Shown here: piece by piece, positions 1-12,853 of the stretch
Position numbering within the stretch: the stretch's first letter is position 1
Layout of the letters: each line of letters starts with the position of its first letter
Source: Mobula hypostoma
Taxonomy: Eukaryota
Reading direction: 5' to 3'
Assembly (NCBI RefSeq): GCF_963921235.1
Contig: NC_086097.1
Location: 110,920,001 to 110,984,000 of the forward strand
DNA: 64,000 nt
Notes under the pieces: generated by a model
Databases searched by the model: none
What the model was told of the DNA's origin: nothing
Seen by the model: the letters and a program-made list of their open reading frames with translations, nothing else
Position numbers and translations under genes: made by a program

Positions 1-265
1 GGTTCAATTCCTGCCACTGACTGGAAGAAGTATGTATGTTCTCCCCATGGCTGCCCGTGTTTCCTCCAAATGCTCTGGTTTTGTGGTATATTGCAAAAGA
101 TGCACAGGTTAGGATTAGTAAGTTGTGGGCATACTATATTGGTGCCAGAAACACGCTTTCACTTCTGTGCCGTCCCCAGAACATCCTTGGATTGTGTTGG
201 TTGTGGACACAAACAATGCATTTCACTCCATGTTTTGATGTAAAGTACGTGACCATTAAAACTTA
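1..265 (+). mobile_element. tRNA-derived SINE with V-domain-like body (5' truncated by window)
   Basis: B-box GGTTCAATTCC, body tgttctccccatggctgcccgtgtttcctcc, LINE-like 3' tail. Confidence 0.55.
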
Positions 266-352
266 AATATTTAAATATCCCTTTAAATATTTCAGTGTCT
301 TCTTGAACTTTAGCTTTGAAATAAGTAAGTAAACATTGAAATAATGTCTCAC

Positions 353-382
353 CTTCAATTCTGTTACTGTGTGAAGATGTCC
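353..382 (-). CDS. GOLGA4: Candidate GOLGA4 micro-exon (30 nt, phase 0/0): GHLHTVTELK
   Basis: T-rich tract ...ttttttttaatgttgattcatgcAG, strong AG|GTGAGA donor, in frame; sits where human has VTIMELQ. Confidence 0.6.
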
Positions 383-589
383 CTGCATGAATCAACATTA
401 AAAAAAATACTTCAAAATACACATTATTGTTTTCTGTTACAACTAAGTTACACCTTCATAAACAGAATCCATAGTTTACGATAGTCTTTATCAAAACCGT
501 CTGCTAACAGTACAGAATAGTTCCCAGAACCCATACAATAAAAAAACATTTATGGAACCCTAAAAGATATGTTGGGTTTTTTTGTTCAG

Positions 590-920
590 GTGGCTACGTC
601 CCCAGAGCCTGATGGGATTTACTCAGGTTGCTAGGAGATGCAAAAGATAACATTGTTGGGGCCTTAATCAAGATCTTTGTGTCCTCTCTAGCCACAGCCG
701 AAGTCCCAGAGGACTGGCAAGTGGTTGATGTTGTTCCATTGTTCAAAAAGGGAAATAGGGAGAATTGTAGAAAATATAGATCAGTGAGTTGCAAGTCAAT
801 GGTACAAGTCATTGTTACTAGACAGGATGTTTGGGATAGGATTTATAAATATTTTGAAAAGCATGGCCTGATTAGGGATAGTTAGCCTAGTTTTGCACAG
901 GACAAGTTATTTCTTTCTAA
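590..920 (+). mobile_element. CR1/HER1-type LINE fragment
   Basis: ORF2 remnant VPEDWQVVDVVPLFKKGNRENC..YR. Confidence 0.7.
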
Positions 921-984
921 CTTGATGGTGACCCATGTGAAGACACAGAGGAATGGATGTGTCTATCATCATCTTCTTCTTTTA

Positions 985-1340
985 ACTACTTCTACTACTT
1001 CCACTACTACGTCACCTCAGGCCAAGGGGGCCGTCTTCGGGCACGATGACGGACTCCCCACTTCTCCCTCTCCCTCATCAGTGTGTTCAGTTCATCTATA
1101 TTAGCCGTGCCGCTGTCTTGGGAGGGCGCCCAGGGTTCATCCTCCCATGCTTAGGCTCCCATATGATGACAAGGCTGGCAAGTAGCTCGGGGTGGCGAAG
1201 ACAGTGCCCTGCTAGTTGCAGTCTTCTCGCTTTGATTTTAGTGGCGAGCGTCGGTAGGTCGTCATAGAGCTTGACATTCGTCATGTGCTGTTGCCAACTC
1301 ACGTCAAGAGCCATCCGGAGCATGCCCAGTTCTGCATGGT
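985..1340 (-). mobile_element. RTE-clade LINE 3' fragment with (AGT)n-like tail
   Basis: ORF ...RRLQLAGHCLRHPE...WEPKHGRMNPGRP typical of RTE C-terminus, followed by short-repeat tail. Confidence 0.65.
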
Positions 1341-2520
1341 GTCTATATCTATACCTTCCATAAAACCAGCAACCTTTGTGTCATCTACACACTTACTAAC
1401 CCTCCCCACCACTTCCTCATGCGTCATGTATGTAAATCACAAAAGAACAGAGGGTCCCAGATTGCACCCCTGTGGAGCATCATGGATCTCCAGGCAGAAG
1501 ACACTCCATCTACAACCACTGTCTGCCTTCTGTGGGCAAGACAATTCCAAATTCATGTAGCCAAGTTTCATTTGATTCCATGCCCCCTGACATTCTGAAT
1601 GAGCCTACAATGGGGAACCTATCCAAGTGTCTTACTAAAAATCTATGTATAGCTCATTCACTGCTTGACCTTCATCAATATATCTTGTCAATTCCTCGAA
1701 AAGGTCAATTAGGCTCATGAGGCATGACTTATCTCTCACAAACCCATGATGAATATCCCTAATCAGACTATGCTAACAATTTCATATTCAGAAGTAAGTG
1801 ATTTTAAGAGACTCCTGGATAGGTACAAGGAGCTTAGAAAAATAGAGGGCTATGGGTAACCTTAGGTAATTTCTAAGGTAAGGACATGTTCCGCACAGCT
1901 TTGTGGGCTGAAGGGCCTGTAAGGTGTTGCAGGTTTTCTGCTTCTATTTGACAGATCAAATTATGGCTTGGCATCCACCTCACTAGGGCCCCAGTTCCTG
2001 AGTCCCCTCTTGACTTGCCAGACGCCCGGTTCTAGTGCTCTTTCTCTACTTGCTAAGCCATAGTTCCTTTTAACTACACCTGGTTTTGTTCTTCCCAGGC
2101 TCCCCTGAAACTTGCAAGGTCCTTGTTTCCTAGACTCTTCATTCACTTAATTGGAGCATGACAATACCTTAAAAAACTGAACTAGCAGTGTATTGCTGAA
2201 ATATGCTGGTTCAACACTACTAAAGCACCTAACATGCTGAATTAATAGAATTTTACTGCAATGGAATACAAAATCACCAATAAATGATATTTTATGAAAA
2301 CAAAGGCAAATCACTTTTTAAAAAAATAAACCTATGCACTTTAAAATCACTCTTGGTCTTGTATTATCATTTTACGCTCAATTTCTGGTGGTTAATCTTC
2401 TAATATGGCACAAACTGACTGAAACAACAAAGTTCAGAGTTACCAATATCACAACAATAGTTCTGAGCTATGTGCACCATTCAGGTACTGAGCAGCACTC
2501 ATGCATAATTAACATATTAC

Positions 2521-2628
2521 CTCTTCAGTATTCCAATTTCCCTCTTTACACAGCTTATGTTTGGCTTGTAACTCTTCCAGTTGCAATTGTAGATCATTCA
2601 CCTTCACTGTCATTTCTTCTTCCCGGGT
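2521..2628 (-). CDS. GOLGA4: GOLGA4 coding exon (108 nt, phase 0/0): TREEEMTVKVNDLQLQLEELQAKHKLCKEGNWNTEE
   Basis: cttttaaAG acceptor, GTAATA donor; matches recalled human AREEEMTAKVRDLQTQLEELQ. Confidence 0.92.
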
Positions 2629-4939
2629 CTTTAAAAGTATGAAAATTATTGTTAAATCACTAATGTATTTATCATAGCCATGGAGAAATAAATGAGGAGG
2701 AACACACTGAGAATGATATCAACACCAGATTTCAGAATACATCAACCATGCAGGTGTTGAATTTGTTCTCATGTCAACTGAAAAGAAAATTGAGCATTTC
2801 GAACAGCTTTCCCCTGGTTTCATGAAAAACATAAAATGATTCCAGTTCTATTAATGAATGCCATGCTATGATTTTGTCATGTTAAAACAAGACCCCAATA
2901 TATACCGAGCCCTTGTTGTTTGCTGTTTTATTACGAATGAATCAAAATACTCGTAAGAGAGCTGGTAAAATGAGTGTGTTCCTTCACAGCTCTATCATGT
3001 GGTGCATCCTGTTTATGAGAATGTAAAGGAGGAGGTGCCTGTTCAATGCATTAGTTAAGGGATGTGCCACTTCAATGTTGAGGAAGAATATCCTGGATGG
3101 CTCCTCAAACAACGAGTTGTCTATTAGTACAGACACTGGTCTTCATTAGGTGGAGTACTAAATACAGAGCAGCGAGTTAAGCTCCAATTTAAAAGAAACA
3201 TTGGCCAAGCTTCAGCTGGAATACTGCAACCAATTCTGTTCAAAGTACAAGAACGACAGAACAGCACTGGAGAGGACACAGAGGAGACTCACCAGTACAT
3301 GTCTGGAATGAAGAATTTCAGTTATAAAGAGACAACGAGGTTAGGTTTATTTTCCCTGGAGCAGAGGCGGCAAAGAGGGACATGAATGAAGCAAATACAA
3401 ATATAAGGAGTGCAACAGAGTACCTGTAGGAAACTGTAGGATCAGACAGATAAAATGAGAGGTGACAGACTCAGGTTAAAGGATAAAAGATTTAGAGGAG
3501 ATCCGACAGGTCCTTTCTCACCTAACACACTGCCAAAGGGATTGGTGAAAGCAGAATTGTTGACAGCATTGAAGTGGTGCCTAGACAAATAGCTGAATCG
3601 CCTTGGCATTAAAAACAATAGGCCAAGTGCTAGAAAGTGGGATTAATTAACAGTGAGGTGTGGAGGACCAATTGACCCATTTCCATGTTCTTTAACTCTA
3701 TGAAAAAGGGTGTCATTGTTTTGTTGGGAGTTTATGACAGACCTTCTAACAGTGAGGGTGAGTGCGGTGGGAGTCTTACGGGGGAGAGGGAGGGGAAGGT
3801 ACAAGAGAGTGAGAGAAGTTAAAATAGTGCTTATAATAACAGAGGATTTTAATTTTAGAAATACTAATTGGACTACCTTAGTGTAAAAGGCCCAGAGGAA
3901 GTTGAATGTTTTTGGTATATCCAGGAGATCTTTTGGACACAATGTACAAAGACCAACAAAAGAAGAATTGTTGGGCCTTATCTTAGAGAAATTTTAGTTG
4001 GTCAAATGGAGGGAATGTCAGATACCATGAATACATATTACAAAGTGATTATGGAAAATGATAGGGATGGACAAAGAATAAAGGTCTTAAACAGGGCGGG
4101 GGGGGGCATGGAAGACCAATTTCACTAAAGAAAGACAGGATCTGACAAACGTAGATTGCCACATCTATTTGTAAGTATCTACATCTGCACAGTGGGAAGC
4201 ATTCATTTCACACTTGAAGAGTTCAGGGCTATTATGATCCTGGAAGGGTGAAAGCCAAGGAATGTTGTGAGGCAACAAGGTGCGGATAAAAAGAAAAACA
4301 TTTGACAGGTATAGAGGACTAAAGGTGGGGGAGGCCCATCAAGAGTATAAAAAAACACAAGGAGTTTAGAAAGGAAATTAGGAAGGCAAAATGTATCTTA
4401 AAATAATCACCATCTGACAGGATTAATAATAAAGGATCTGAAGGTGTTTTATAATATATTAGGGGAATTAATAAATAAACAAAGGAGACATTAGGGACAA
4501 CAGAGATGATTGGTATATTGAGCTGGAAGGTGCAGGTGAGGTCCAAAATGTATATGTTTCCATTGGTACTTAAACATTGTAGTTGAAGGATTAGTACATT
4601 TGTAGTGAAAGGTAAAATTCTAGTAAAAGTCTCCAAAAACTAAGAGGAGCTTGATGCACCAGTGGGATTAAAGATGGCTATGTCATCCAAGAAGCAATGG
4701 CAAGAGGTCACAAATGAGATATATAAAATTACAAGTGGTATAAATACAGTACACTGCAGAAAACTTCTCCCCATATTAAGGGTACTGTAAATAGTAAATA
4801 GAGAACATAGGTTTAGGTTAAGAGGCAAGAGATTTAGAGGGAATCTGATGAGTAGCTTTCTCACCCAGAGTACAGTGAGTAGTGGATTACATTGCTTGAG
4901 AGAAGAGACACAGAGAGGCTGACAGCAATGAACATGCAT

Positions 4940-5435
4940 ATTGGTGAGGCCTAATTTGGACTATTGTGAGCAGTCTTGGTCACTTAACTACAGGAAAGAT
5001 GTAAATAATGCTGAAAGAGTACAGAGAAAATTTACAAGAATGTTACCAGGTCGGCAATGCCTAAGTCACAAGGAAAGATTGAATAGGTTCAGACTTTATT
5101 CCTTGGAACACAGAAGACTGAGACGAGACTTGAGGTTGGGTGAGACTATAACCAGAGGTTATGGGTTAAGGGTGAAAGATGAAAAGTTTAAGGGGAACAT
5201 GAGGGGTAACTTCTTCACTTAGAGGGTCGTGAGAGTGCGAATGAGCTTCCAGTTTAGGTGATGCATGCAAGCTCGATTTCAACTTTTAAGAGAAGTTTGT
5301 ATAGGTACATGGATGGTAGCCATATGGAGGCCTATGGTCCTGGTGCAGGTCGATGGGAGTAGGCACTTTAAATTGTTCAACACAGACTAGATGGACCGAA
5401 GAGTCTGCTTCTGTGCTGTACATCTCTATGACTAA
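4940..5435 (+). mobile_element. CR1/HER1-type LINE 3' fragment
   Basis: VRPNLDYCEQSWS..ERVQRKFTRMLPG..LYSLEHRRLR; 3' UTR ending ctgtgctgta. Confidence 0.8.
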
Positions 5436-7066
5436 GTATCTAGATGAGATGTAGGCCAAGTGCTGTAAGTTAGTGAGCCCAATGGGCTGCTTTCATGTTG
5501 TATCACTAGATAACATTCAGCTTGGTATTTGTTCAATGAATTTTAACAGCAAGCCCACTACAGAAAAAAAATAATAGAATAGAATTTTAAAAAGCTCAAT
5601 ATTAAATGACATTAAATCCAAATGTATATGACAATAATATTATTGATGGAATTAATTTATTTTGATGAGGCACTATTAAACAGACAGATCTTTGCCAGAG
5701 GATGGACAATCAAGAACCAAGTTTTAAAGTCCATGGCTAGAATGCTTCATGAAAAAGCAGAACACAGAGATAAAGCACAGCTGTTATATGTGAGCATAGC
5801 TGTTACGTGTGAACACAGCCTCATAGCTCTGTGTGGGACAGATCAGGGGTCTTAGTAACTAAATTAAGTTTTTCTGAGGAGAACAAAAGTGATTGATAAA
5901 AATAGAGCAGTAGGTGTTGTCTACATGGATATTAGTGTTTGACAAAAACATTATGGTAGGATCATCCAAAAGATTACATGCATGTGATACATGGTGATAC
6001 GGCAGAAAGAATGCAGAATTGGCTTGTCCATGCAACTCAGAGGGTAGTAGTCAATAGCTCTTATTCTGGTTGGAGGTTAATAGTCAATGGCTCTTATTTT
6101 AGCCAGAAGGAAGGAGAGAATTCTAAGGAATAGGATTCATGCAAATTTGAAAAGGCACAGCAGTTTTGAAACACTCAGCATGACTTTACACAGGGCAGAT
6201 CATGTCTTAAATGTCCTATAATTACCTGGATTACCCCCATTTCTCATCTCAAACAAATGTAAAACATTTGCCACTCCCAAGTCCACCAGGACCTCATCTG
6301 TTGCAACTGAGGACAGAAAGATCTTTGCCAAAGCCCCAGAAATTGCTTCACTGACTTCTTTCAATATTCTGAGATATATGCCACCAGGCCCTGGTAAATT
6401 GTCCCGTGATTAGGCTGGGGGGGGGGGGCGGTGTAAATCAGTGATTACTGGTCCATGCCGTGCAAAGAGCCAGAAGGGCCACAGTATATTGCTAAATAAA
6501 ATAAAAATGCATGTCCCAATCTGTTTTCGTTATCCTCCAAATCTTGTTCTACAGTAAGTACTGCCTCAAAGCACTCATTTAGCTCTCAGCTGTAAATCCA
6601 AGCACAAATTCCCTCTCCTTCATTAACCCCTTTTTCTTACCATGAGTATAAAATGCTGTGGGATCGTGTTGATCCTGCACACCAAGATCATTTCCTGCCC
6701 GATGTGGCCTTCCTAATTGCCTGCTTGAATGCTTTTCTACTATCTTTATGGTCCACAAGGGCCCAGCCTGACTTTAGCTTTCTAAACCTTAAATATGCTT
6801 CCTTTTCCTTCCTGACTAAATTTAGGACATCCATGGTCATCCAAGGTACCCTTAGCTTGCCATCCTTGTCCCTACCTCATACCAGAACATGCTGATCCTG
6901 AGCTCTGATCAGCTGGACTTTCAAAAACACCTACATTTCAGACATGGGCTTGTTCAACAGCAGCTGCGCCCAATCACACCCCTCAACTTGTTTTATCCTG
7001 TTGTAATTTGCCTTCACTCAATTTAATAACTTCCCACAGGATCCAAATTCTATCCTTACTCATAAG

Positions 7067-7373
7067 CAGTGGTCCCCAAACTCCAGGCCATGGACCAATA
7101 CATTAAAGCGAAGAAGGCAGTGGTGCAGCAGTAGTCGGAACGCACCCAGCACTTCTTTAAGAAAAAAAGCCGAAATAAACAAGCTAATTAATTAGGTGCC
7201 GCCCGGCATGTAGATGTCAGCCCAGATCAGAGGCCGGGCGGCACCTAATTAATTAGCTTGTTTATTTCCACTTTTCTTCTTAAAGGTGTGCTGGGTGCGT
7301 TCCGACTACCGCTGCACCACTGCATTCTTCGCGGCAATGTATCTGTCTGCGGCCCAGAGGTTGGGGACCACTG
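7067..7373. mobile_element. Palindromic hAT (Charlie-type) MITE
   Basis: Termini CAGTGGTCCCCAA...TTGGGGACCACTG, about 140-bp inverted arms, degenerate 8-bp TSD ctcataag/gtcataaa. Confidence 0.85.
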
Positions 7374-8431
7374 GTCATAAAGATCTTAAAGCCAAGACCT
7401 GTGGTCACTATTCTCAGAATATTTACACATTGTCAAGGCCTTCACTTGCCCTGGCTCATATCCCAAAATTGGGTCCAATGTGCTCTCCCCTAGTTGGATT
7501 CTCCACAAATTGTTTCAAGAACCCATCTCAGATTAGTGATGTTACATGTGGACATGTCTGTTAGTGGTGTGTGTGTGTGTGTGTATATATATAGATAGCC
7601 CGCATCTAAAGTATTCAATCTATTAATCACTCCAATATAATGTAGGGAGGTTGCGGAAAAGGTTTACCAGAATGCTCCCTGGACTAGAGGGCAGGTGATG
7701 GACAATCTAGGGTTGTTTCCTTTGGAGTGGTAGAGATTGAGGAGAGACCTGCTTGCTATAAAACTGATAAAAATTATGAGGAGCATAGCTAGAGAGCAGT
7801 GCATTTTCCAAGGGGCAAAATGTCTAATACCAGAGAGCGCACATTTAAGGTGAGACAGGAAAAGTTCAAATTAGATGCGTGGCTAGGTTTTTAAAGAAAA
7901 AGAAAGTGGTGGTGCCTGTAATGCACTGATATGCTTGGTAGTAGAGACAGATATGATAGAGGTATACAAGCCACTCTTAAATAACCACATGAATATACAG
8001 AGAATGGAGGTAAAGAACCATGTGCAGGCAGAAAGAATTAGTGCAACTAAGCATTTTTAGCTTAAATAGCTTGGCACATCATTGTGGGCTGAATGGCCTT
8101 TCATATGCTGTACTGTTCTAAATTCTATATTATTCAGAAAGCCAGGAGATGGAGAAAGGAGCTTCACAAAGATCTGTATGGGATGACAACCATTACCACA
8201 TATAATTATTAAATCAAAAAGTAAATTTAAATTTGCAGCAACATGTGCATGCAGAGATGCCGTATGATAGATCGTTAATATTGAAGGAATTGCAATAAAT
8301 TGTAAGACAACATTAATATGAATAAACATGAAAATAAGTTTGATTTATATGTTGGTAAAATCACATGGAATATTACTTCAAAATACACACAGCCGCCACT
8401 TATTAAGTATAGCTGCTCATTAATACAAATA

Positions 8432-9171
8432 CAGTGGATTATGGTTAATTGGGACACAGTACCTTTTAGCCCAATTAAGCCACTGCTCCAATTAGCTAAA
8501 GTTTTATGGAAATAATATAAAAGGTATAAAAAGACAAACTGAATAGCAAATTATGTATTTAAATGAAATACGGAACAAATTACTAATACTATACTAACAG
8601 TACTACAAAACTGTATTAGTTTCTAATAGTAATCAATGGAGGATTTCATCCAGATTGCACTATAAACAAAATCAGCACAGACTCCGAGTGAAGATAATGG
8701 ACTACCTTCAAATAATGCTATCGGCAACTGCATCCAGCAAACCCTCATTTTAACTGTAACAGTCAAGGTGATTCTTCATAGTCCCTAACTTGAAGTAGTG
8801 AGTGAAATTGTTTCATTTTCACTCCTGGCCATTTCAGGCATCTCCAAGATTAAATACTTGAAACTACAGTGAATTGTCTTGCTGCTTATTCCTCACCAAT
8901 TATTACTGACAAAAGTCACTGCTTTTTGAACACAAACGTATGCAACTGATGCTATTTAAAACTGTTCCTTCTAAGCACGGTGTATCATCTAACGGCCACA
9001 TGACTGAAGCTAGTTAGTAGCTGTTCAGCAAAAGTCTCCTGCCTCAATTAAGCGCAGCATAATGTCCCAAATAAATGAAGGGAATCCTGGAAATTTTCTC
9101 AATTATTTTTTGTGCTTTAAGAGTCGTCCCAAAAAGTGGCTGCCCTGATGAACTGATGACCCAATCCACTG
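8432..9171. mobile_element. Tigger/pogo-like non-autonomous DNA transposon
   Basis: TA|CAGTGGATT...AATCCACTG termini; repeated ttaattgggac/gtcccaa subterminal motifs. Confidence 0.55.
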
Positions 9172-11328
9172 GACAGCAAATATTTTCAAAAGGGTTGCTT
9201 CCTCAGAATTTTTTCTTTGGGATTATGATAGACCGCTTGAAGCTGGACACAAATATAATTTTAGACTACTTATAGCACGTTTGAATTGGAGAAACAAGAA
9301 ATTAACTTTTATTACATATAATGCGCTTCATTGCATTAACACTGCTGATGCTTTGCAATAGTTCAACTAAGCTAAAAATGTTTTTTTGATAATTTTCTTT
9401 TCTACTTAGTGTCCAAGGCTTCTGGCTTAAGTGTCCAACAATAAACAGCCAGCACTGATGGATTCTAATTGCCCTGATACCATTTCTCCACAACTGCAAC
9501 GCCCTGGTGAAACCTTTCGCCATGCTTATCACTGACAGCAACAAGATTTGCAGGGAAGAAATCTAAAAGGGAATGCAGAAAATGAATCTTTAGTAATATG
9601 TTGTATTTAATGGTTTTGCATGCTTGAAGCATGTTCTCAACCAACTGCACATAGTTTGATGCTCTGTAAGTTGCCAAGAAAATTTTCAGCAGCATCCTTA
9701 AATGCCTTCCATGTGATTTTCTCCAGTCCCACTAGAAGATTTTTGAATTGTCTGTCATTGATGACCTGTTCAATTTGTGGACCAACAGAAGTGCCTTCCT
9801 TAACTTTGGCATCAGTTATTCTGGGAAACATCTTTCTCAAATATCAAAATCCATCACCTTCCTTATTCATCGCTTTCACAAAATTTTTCGTAAACCCCAG
9901 CTTTATAAGAAAAGGAGGCAAAATATCTTTGCTGGGTCTACAAGTGGCTTATGTGCCACACTTTTCTGCCCTGGAATTAACTGCTTATGGAGTGGCTAAT
10001 CCTTTTTAATGTACTGAGATTCTTTAGCACAGCTGTCCAATCTACAAATGAAACAACAGCATTTAGTGTATCTGAGCTGCATTCATAGTGGCAGTGCTAT
10101 TTCAGATCACTATAGATGTTCCGGTTGTAGTTGCTGTGCTATATGTGTTTCAAAAAATTCCAAATTTCAGTAGTTTTCTTTCATGTATACTGCTGTTGTG
10201 TAGCAGCACAGCTTGCAGGCTTAATACTGAAGAATCAATAAAAAGACACCATTGTTGTGGGTCAACTGGTAAACCAAAGCAGTCAAAAGCCCATTAACGC
10301 AGTGGAAAAACAGATGTGCCTGGTGACAGCAGATTCCATCCTTGCAGCCTTGAACCTAGTAATTTTGCTTTTGCCTTTGACAAACCTAAGTCTCTGACAA
10401 GGTCATTCTATTCAGGTCAGAGTTATCAGATGAGACTCACTCGACATAAATGGTTCAAAATCTGTATCAGTATCGTTTTCCATTCCTGGCTCGTACACCA
10501 TGACATCTTTGTCTGCCTCCTCTAGATGCCATGTTTCTGGTGGCTTTGGTACGGGAAGACTATCGTCATATGGTAAGGCTCTCATGGCTAAAGAGAGATT
10601 GGAGCATTCAATGAATTTCTTGTTTTAACAGAGAAACCAGATACACAGGTCAGACAGAAGTAGTAGTCTGTCACATGACCCTTCTACTCTCGCCATATCA
10701 TCTGGACAGCGACAGGCAGTGACTTTCGAGTATGTCTGAGGCAAGCTCTATGATTGACAACACATGTTGCGCAACAAATGCGAGGAGTGCAGGCTTTGCC
10801 TTGGTCTCTAATTTTACACCCAAAGTAGAGCTCCATCTTTGAGATCTAAGCACATACTCGCCACAGATATAAAAGAAAGTATCGCAGTTGTTGCAACATT
10901 AGAGAGACATTTTGCTATCGCAAATACTCCTGAAAATACAATTACTTTATTATAATGTGTACACACAATATGATATGAGATTAAGACCATGTGCATCAAC
11001 CTGATCACACAACAGTACATGTAAAGACGATGCATAGAACTGTATGTGGGCACAATGTTTTTATAGCCATTCTCAATCCTGTCCTGCCATGCAGCATCGG
11101 CCCTGCCTAAACATGCCCAGGCATACCTGGACAAGATAGAAAACTTCTCAGCTTACATTGTGGGCAACATTTTAATTGACTTGAATTATGAATTGAAATA
11201 ACAAATGTAGACGATTTCAGAAAAAAATGGTGTCGGATTGGGAAATTTCATGGTGATTTTCATGATCAGCAGCCCAAAATCCATAAGATAGACCCGTATT
11301 CAGGAGGCAAAACCTCTGCTGTCCAGTC
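9167..11328 (-). mobile_element. Chapaev3-like (CMC) DNA transposon, decayed transposase
   Basis: TIRs CACTGGACAGCA / TGCTGTCCAGTC; remnants KEGTSVGPQI, NFLGN, LKIHFLHSLLDFFPANL.AVSDKHGERFHQ, plus Cys-rich N-terminus (YICGEY, RICCATC, IWRE..HVTDYYFC). Confidence 0.75.
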
Positions 11329-11331
11329 TAA

Positions 11332-11828
11332 TTCAATCAATCATGTGGCAGCAACACATTGCATAAAAGCATGCAGACATGATCACGTGGTTCAGTTGTA
11401 TCTCAGACCAAACATCAAAATGGGGAAGAAATGTGATCTAAGTGTCTTTGACAGTGGAATGATTGTTGGTGCAGGACAGGGTGGTTTCAGATCTCAGAAA
11501 CTGCTGATCTCCTAGGACTTTCACACACAACATTTCTCGATTTTACAGAGAATGGTGCGAAAAACAAAAAAAAATCCAGTGAGCGGCAATTCTGTGGGAA
11601 AAAACACCTTGTTAATGAGAAAGGTCAGAGGAGAAAGGCCAGAATGGTTCAAGCTGACAGGAAAGCGTCAATAACTCAAATAAGCACACGTTATGACATT
11701 GCTGAATGTGCAAAACGTCAAACCTTGAAGTGGATGGGCAACAGCAGCAGAAAAGCACAGACCATACATAAATACACTCAGTGGCTACTTTACTAAGTTG
11801 CTCTCTTGTACCTAATAAACTGGCCACA
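11332..11828 (+). mobile_element. Tc1-like non-autonomous element fragment
   Basis: Encodes MGKKCDLSVFDSGMIVGA paired-like Tc1 N-terminus; same family as 19788-20341. Confidence 0.75.
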
Positions 11829-12317
11829 AAAGAAAGACACTCATAGTTATCATAACGAGATTAACATACTGTAATAGATCACCTTTTTTCATGTATAAAA
11901 ATAGACAGAGCCATTGTTTATAACTTAAAGAGATTGAGATATTTTCCAGCTTGTGGGAAGAGCAAAACATCAATATAACAGACACCAAACAAAAGACAAA
12001 CTCTAGTTGTTTTTTTAAAGTGATCAGGATGTGGAACTCTTTCTCAGTGTGTGTGAGGTGAAAAGGACAGATAAGTGCAATTTTGATAAATGTACATGGG
12101 AAAAACAAGACAGGTATCTGATGAATTTAGATAAAAGTAAGGAGGATGAAAGCAGCACAAATATGAATATGTTTGGACTGGGCTGAATGGCTCACTTTAC
12201 AAGAGTCTGTGGTTTTGAAATTTCCCATGTTTTTTTTAATGAAAATCAGTACAGAATAACCTTTGTATTTAAAGACGGTAATACAGAATAAACAAAAAAT
12301 CCTTTAGGATTACATAC

Positions 12318-12448
12318 TTGTAAAATTTCTTCATATCTTTTTACTGTCCTTTGTAGATAATCATCCTTGTCAGCGATCTTTCGATAGAGCTGGTTTATGT
12401 CCTCCTTGTGAGTTTCCAGGAGTTCAGCCTCAACTTCCTGGGCTTTGC
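12318..12448 (-). CDS. GOLGA4: GOLGA4 coding exon (131 nt, phase 1/0): (S)KAQEVEAELLETHKEDINQLYRKIADKDDYLQRTVKRYEEILQ
   Basis: tattctAG acceptor, GTATGT donor; matches recalled human KAQEVEAELLESHQEETNQLLKKIAEKDDDLKRTAKRYEEIL. Confidence 0.95.
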
Positions 12449-12633
12449 CTAGAATATTGAAAATTTAACTCTAATTATGGCATTCACTAAAAATAATTTC
12501 TTCAAAAGCAGGTAGTCCTCCACCTATCCACAGGCACTTGGAGAGTACAGCTGGTGATACAAAAGCACCATCTCACTGATGGATTTTTCATTTTGTCTAC
12601 TTTTTATCTTGAACCAAAGATTCTTTCTAATAT

Positions 12634-12853
12634 CCACAAAATGCTGGTGGAAGGCAGCAGGCCAGGCAGCATCTATTGGAAGAGGTACAGTTGACGTTTC
12701 AGGCCGAGACCTTTCGTCAGTCCTGACGAAGGGTCTCGGTCTGAAACGTTGACTGTACCTCTTCCAATAGATGCTGCCTGGCCTGCTGCATTCTACCAGC
12801 ATTTTGTGTGTGTTGCTTGAATTTCCAGCATCTGCAGAATTCCTCATGTTTGC
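12634..12853. mobile_element. Mini Penelope-like element: two inverted pLTR segments, 14-bp TSD
   Basis: 86-bp inverted arms 12635-12720 / 12723-12808; flanking direct repeat ATTCTTTCTAATAT at 12620-12633 and 12854-12867; same sequence as PLE termini at 14400-14499 and 48798-48895. Confidence 0.85.
12718..12755 (+). ncRNA. Minimal type I hammerhead ribozyme motif (PLE-type)
   Basis: CAGTC-CTGACGA-AGGGTCTCGGTCT-GAAA-CG-TT^GACTG: stem I CAGTC/GACTG, core CUGANGA and GAAA, palindromic ACGU stem III. Confidence 0.7.
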
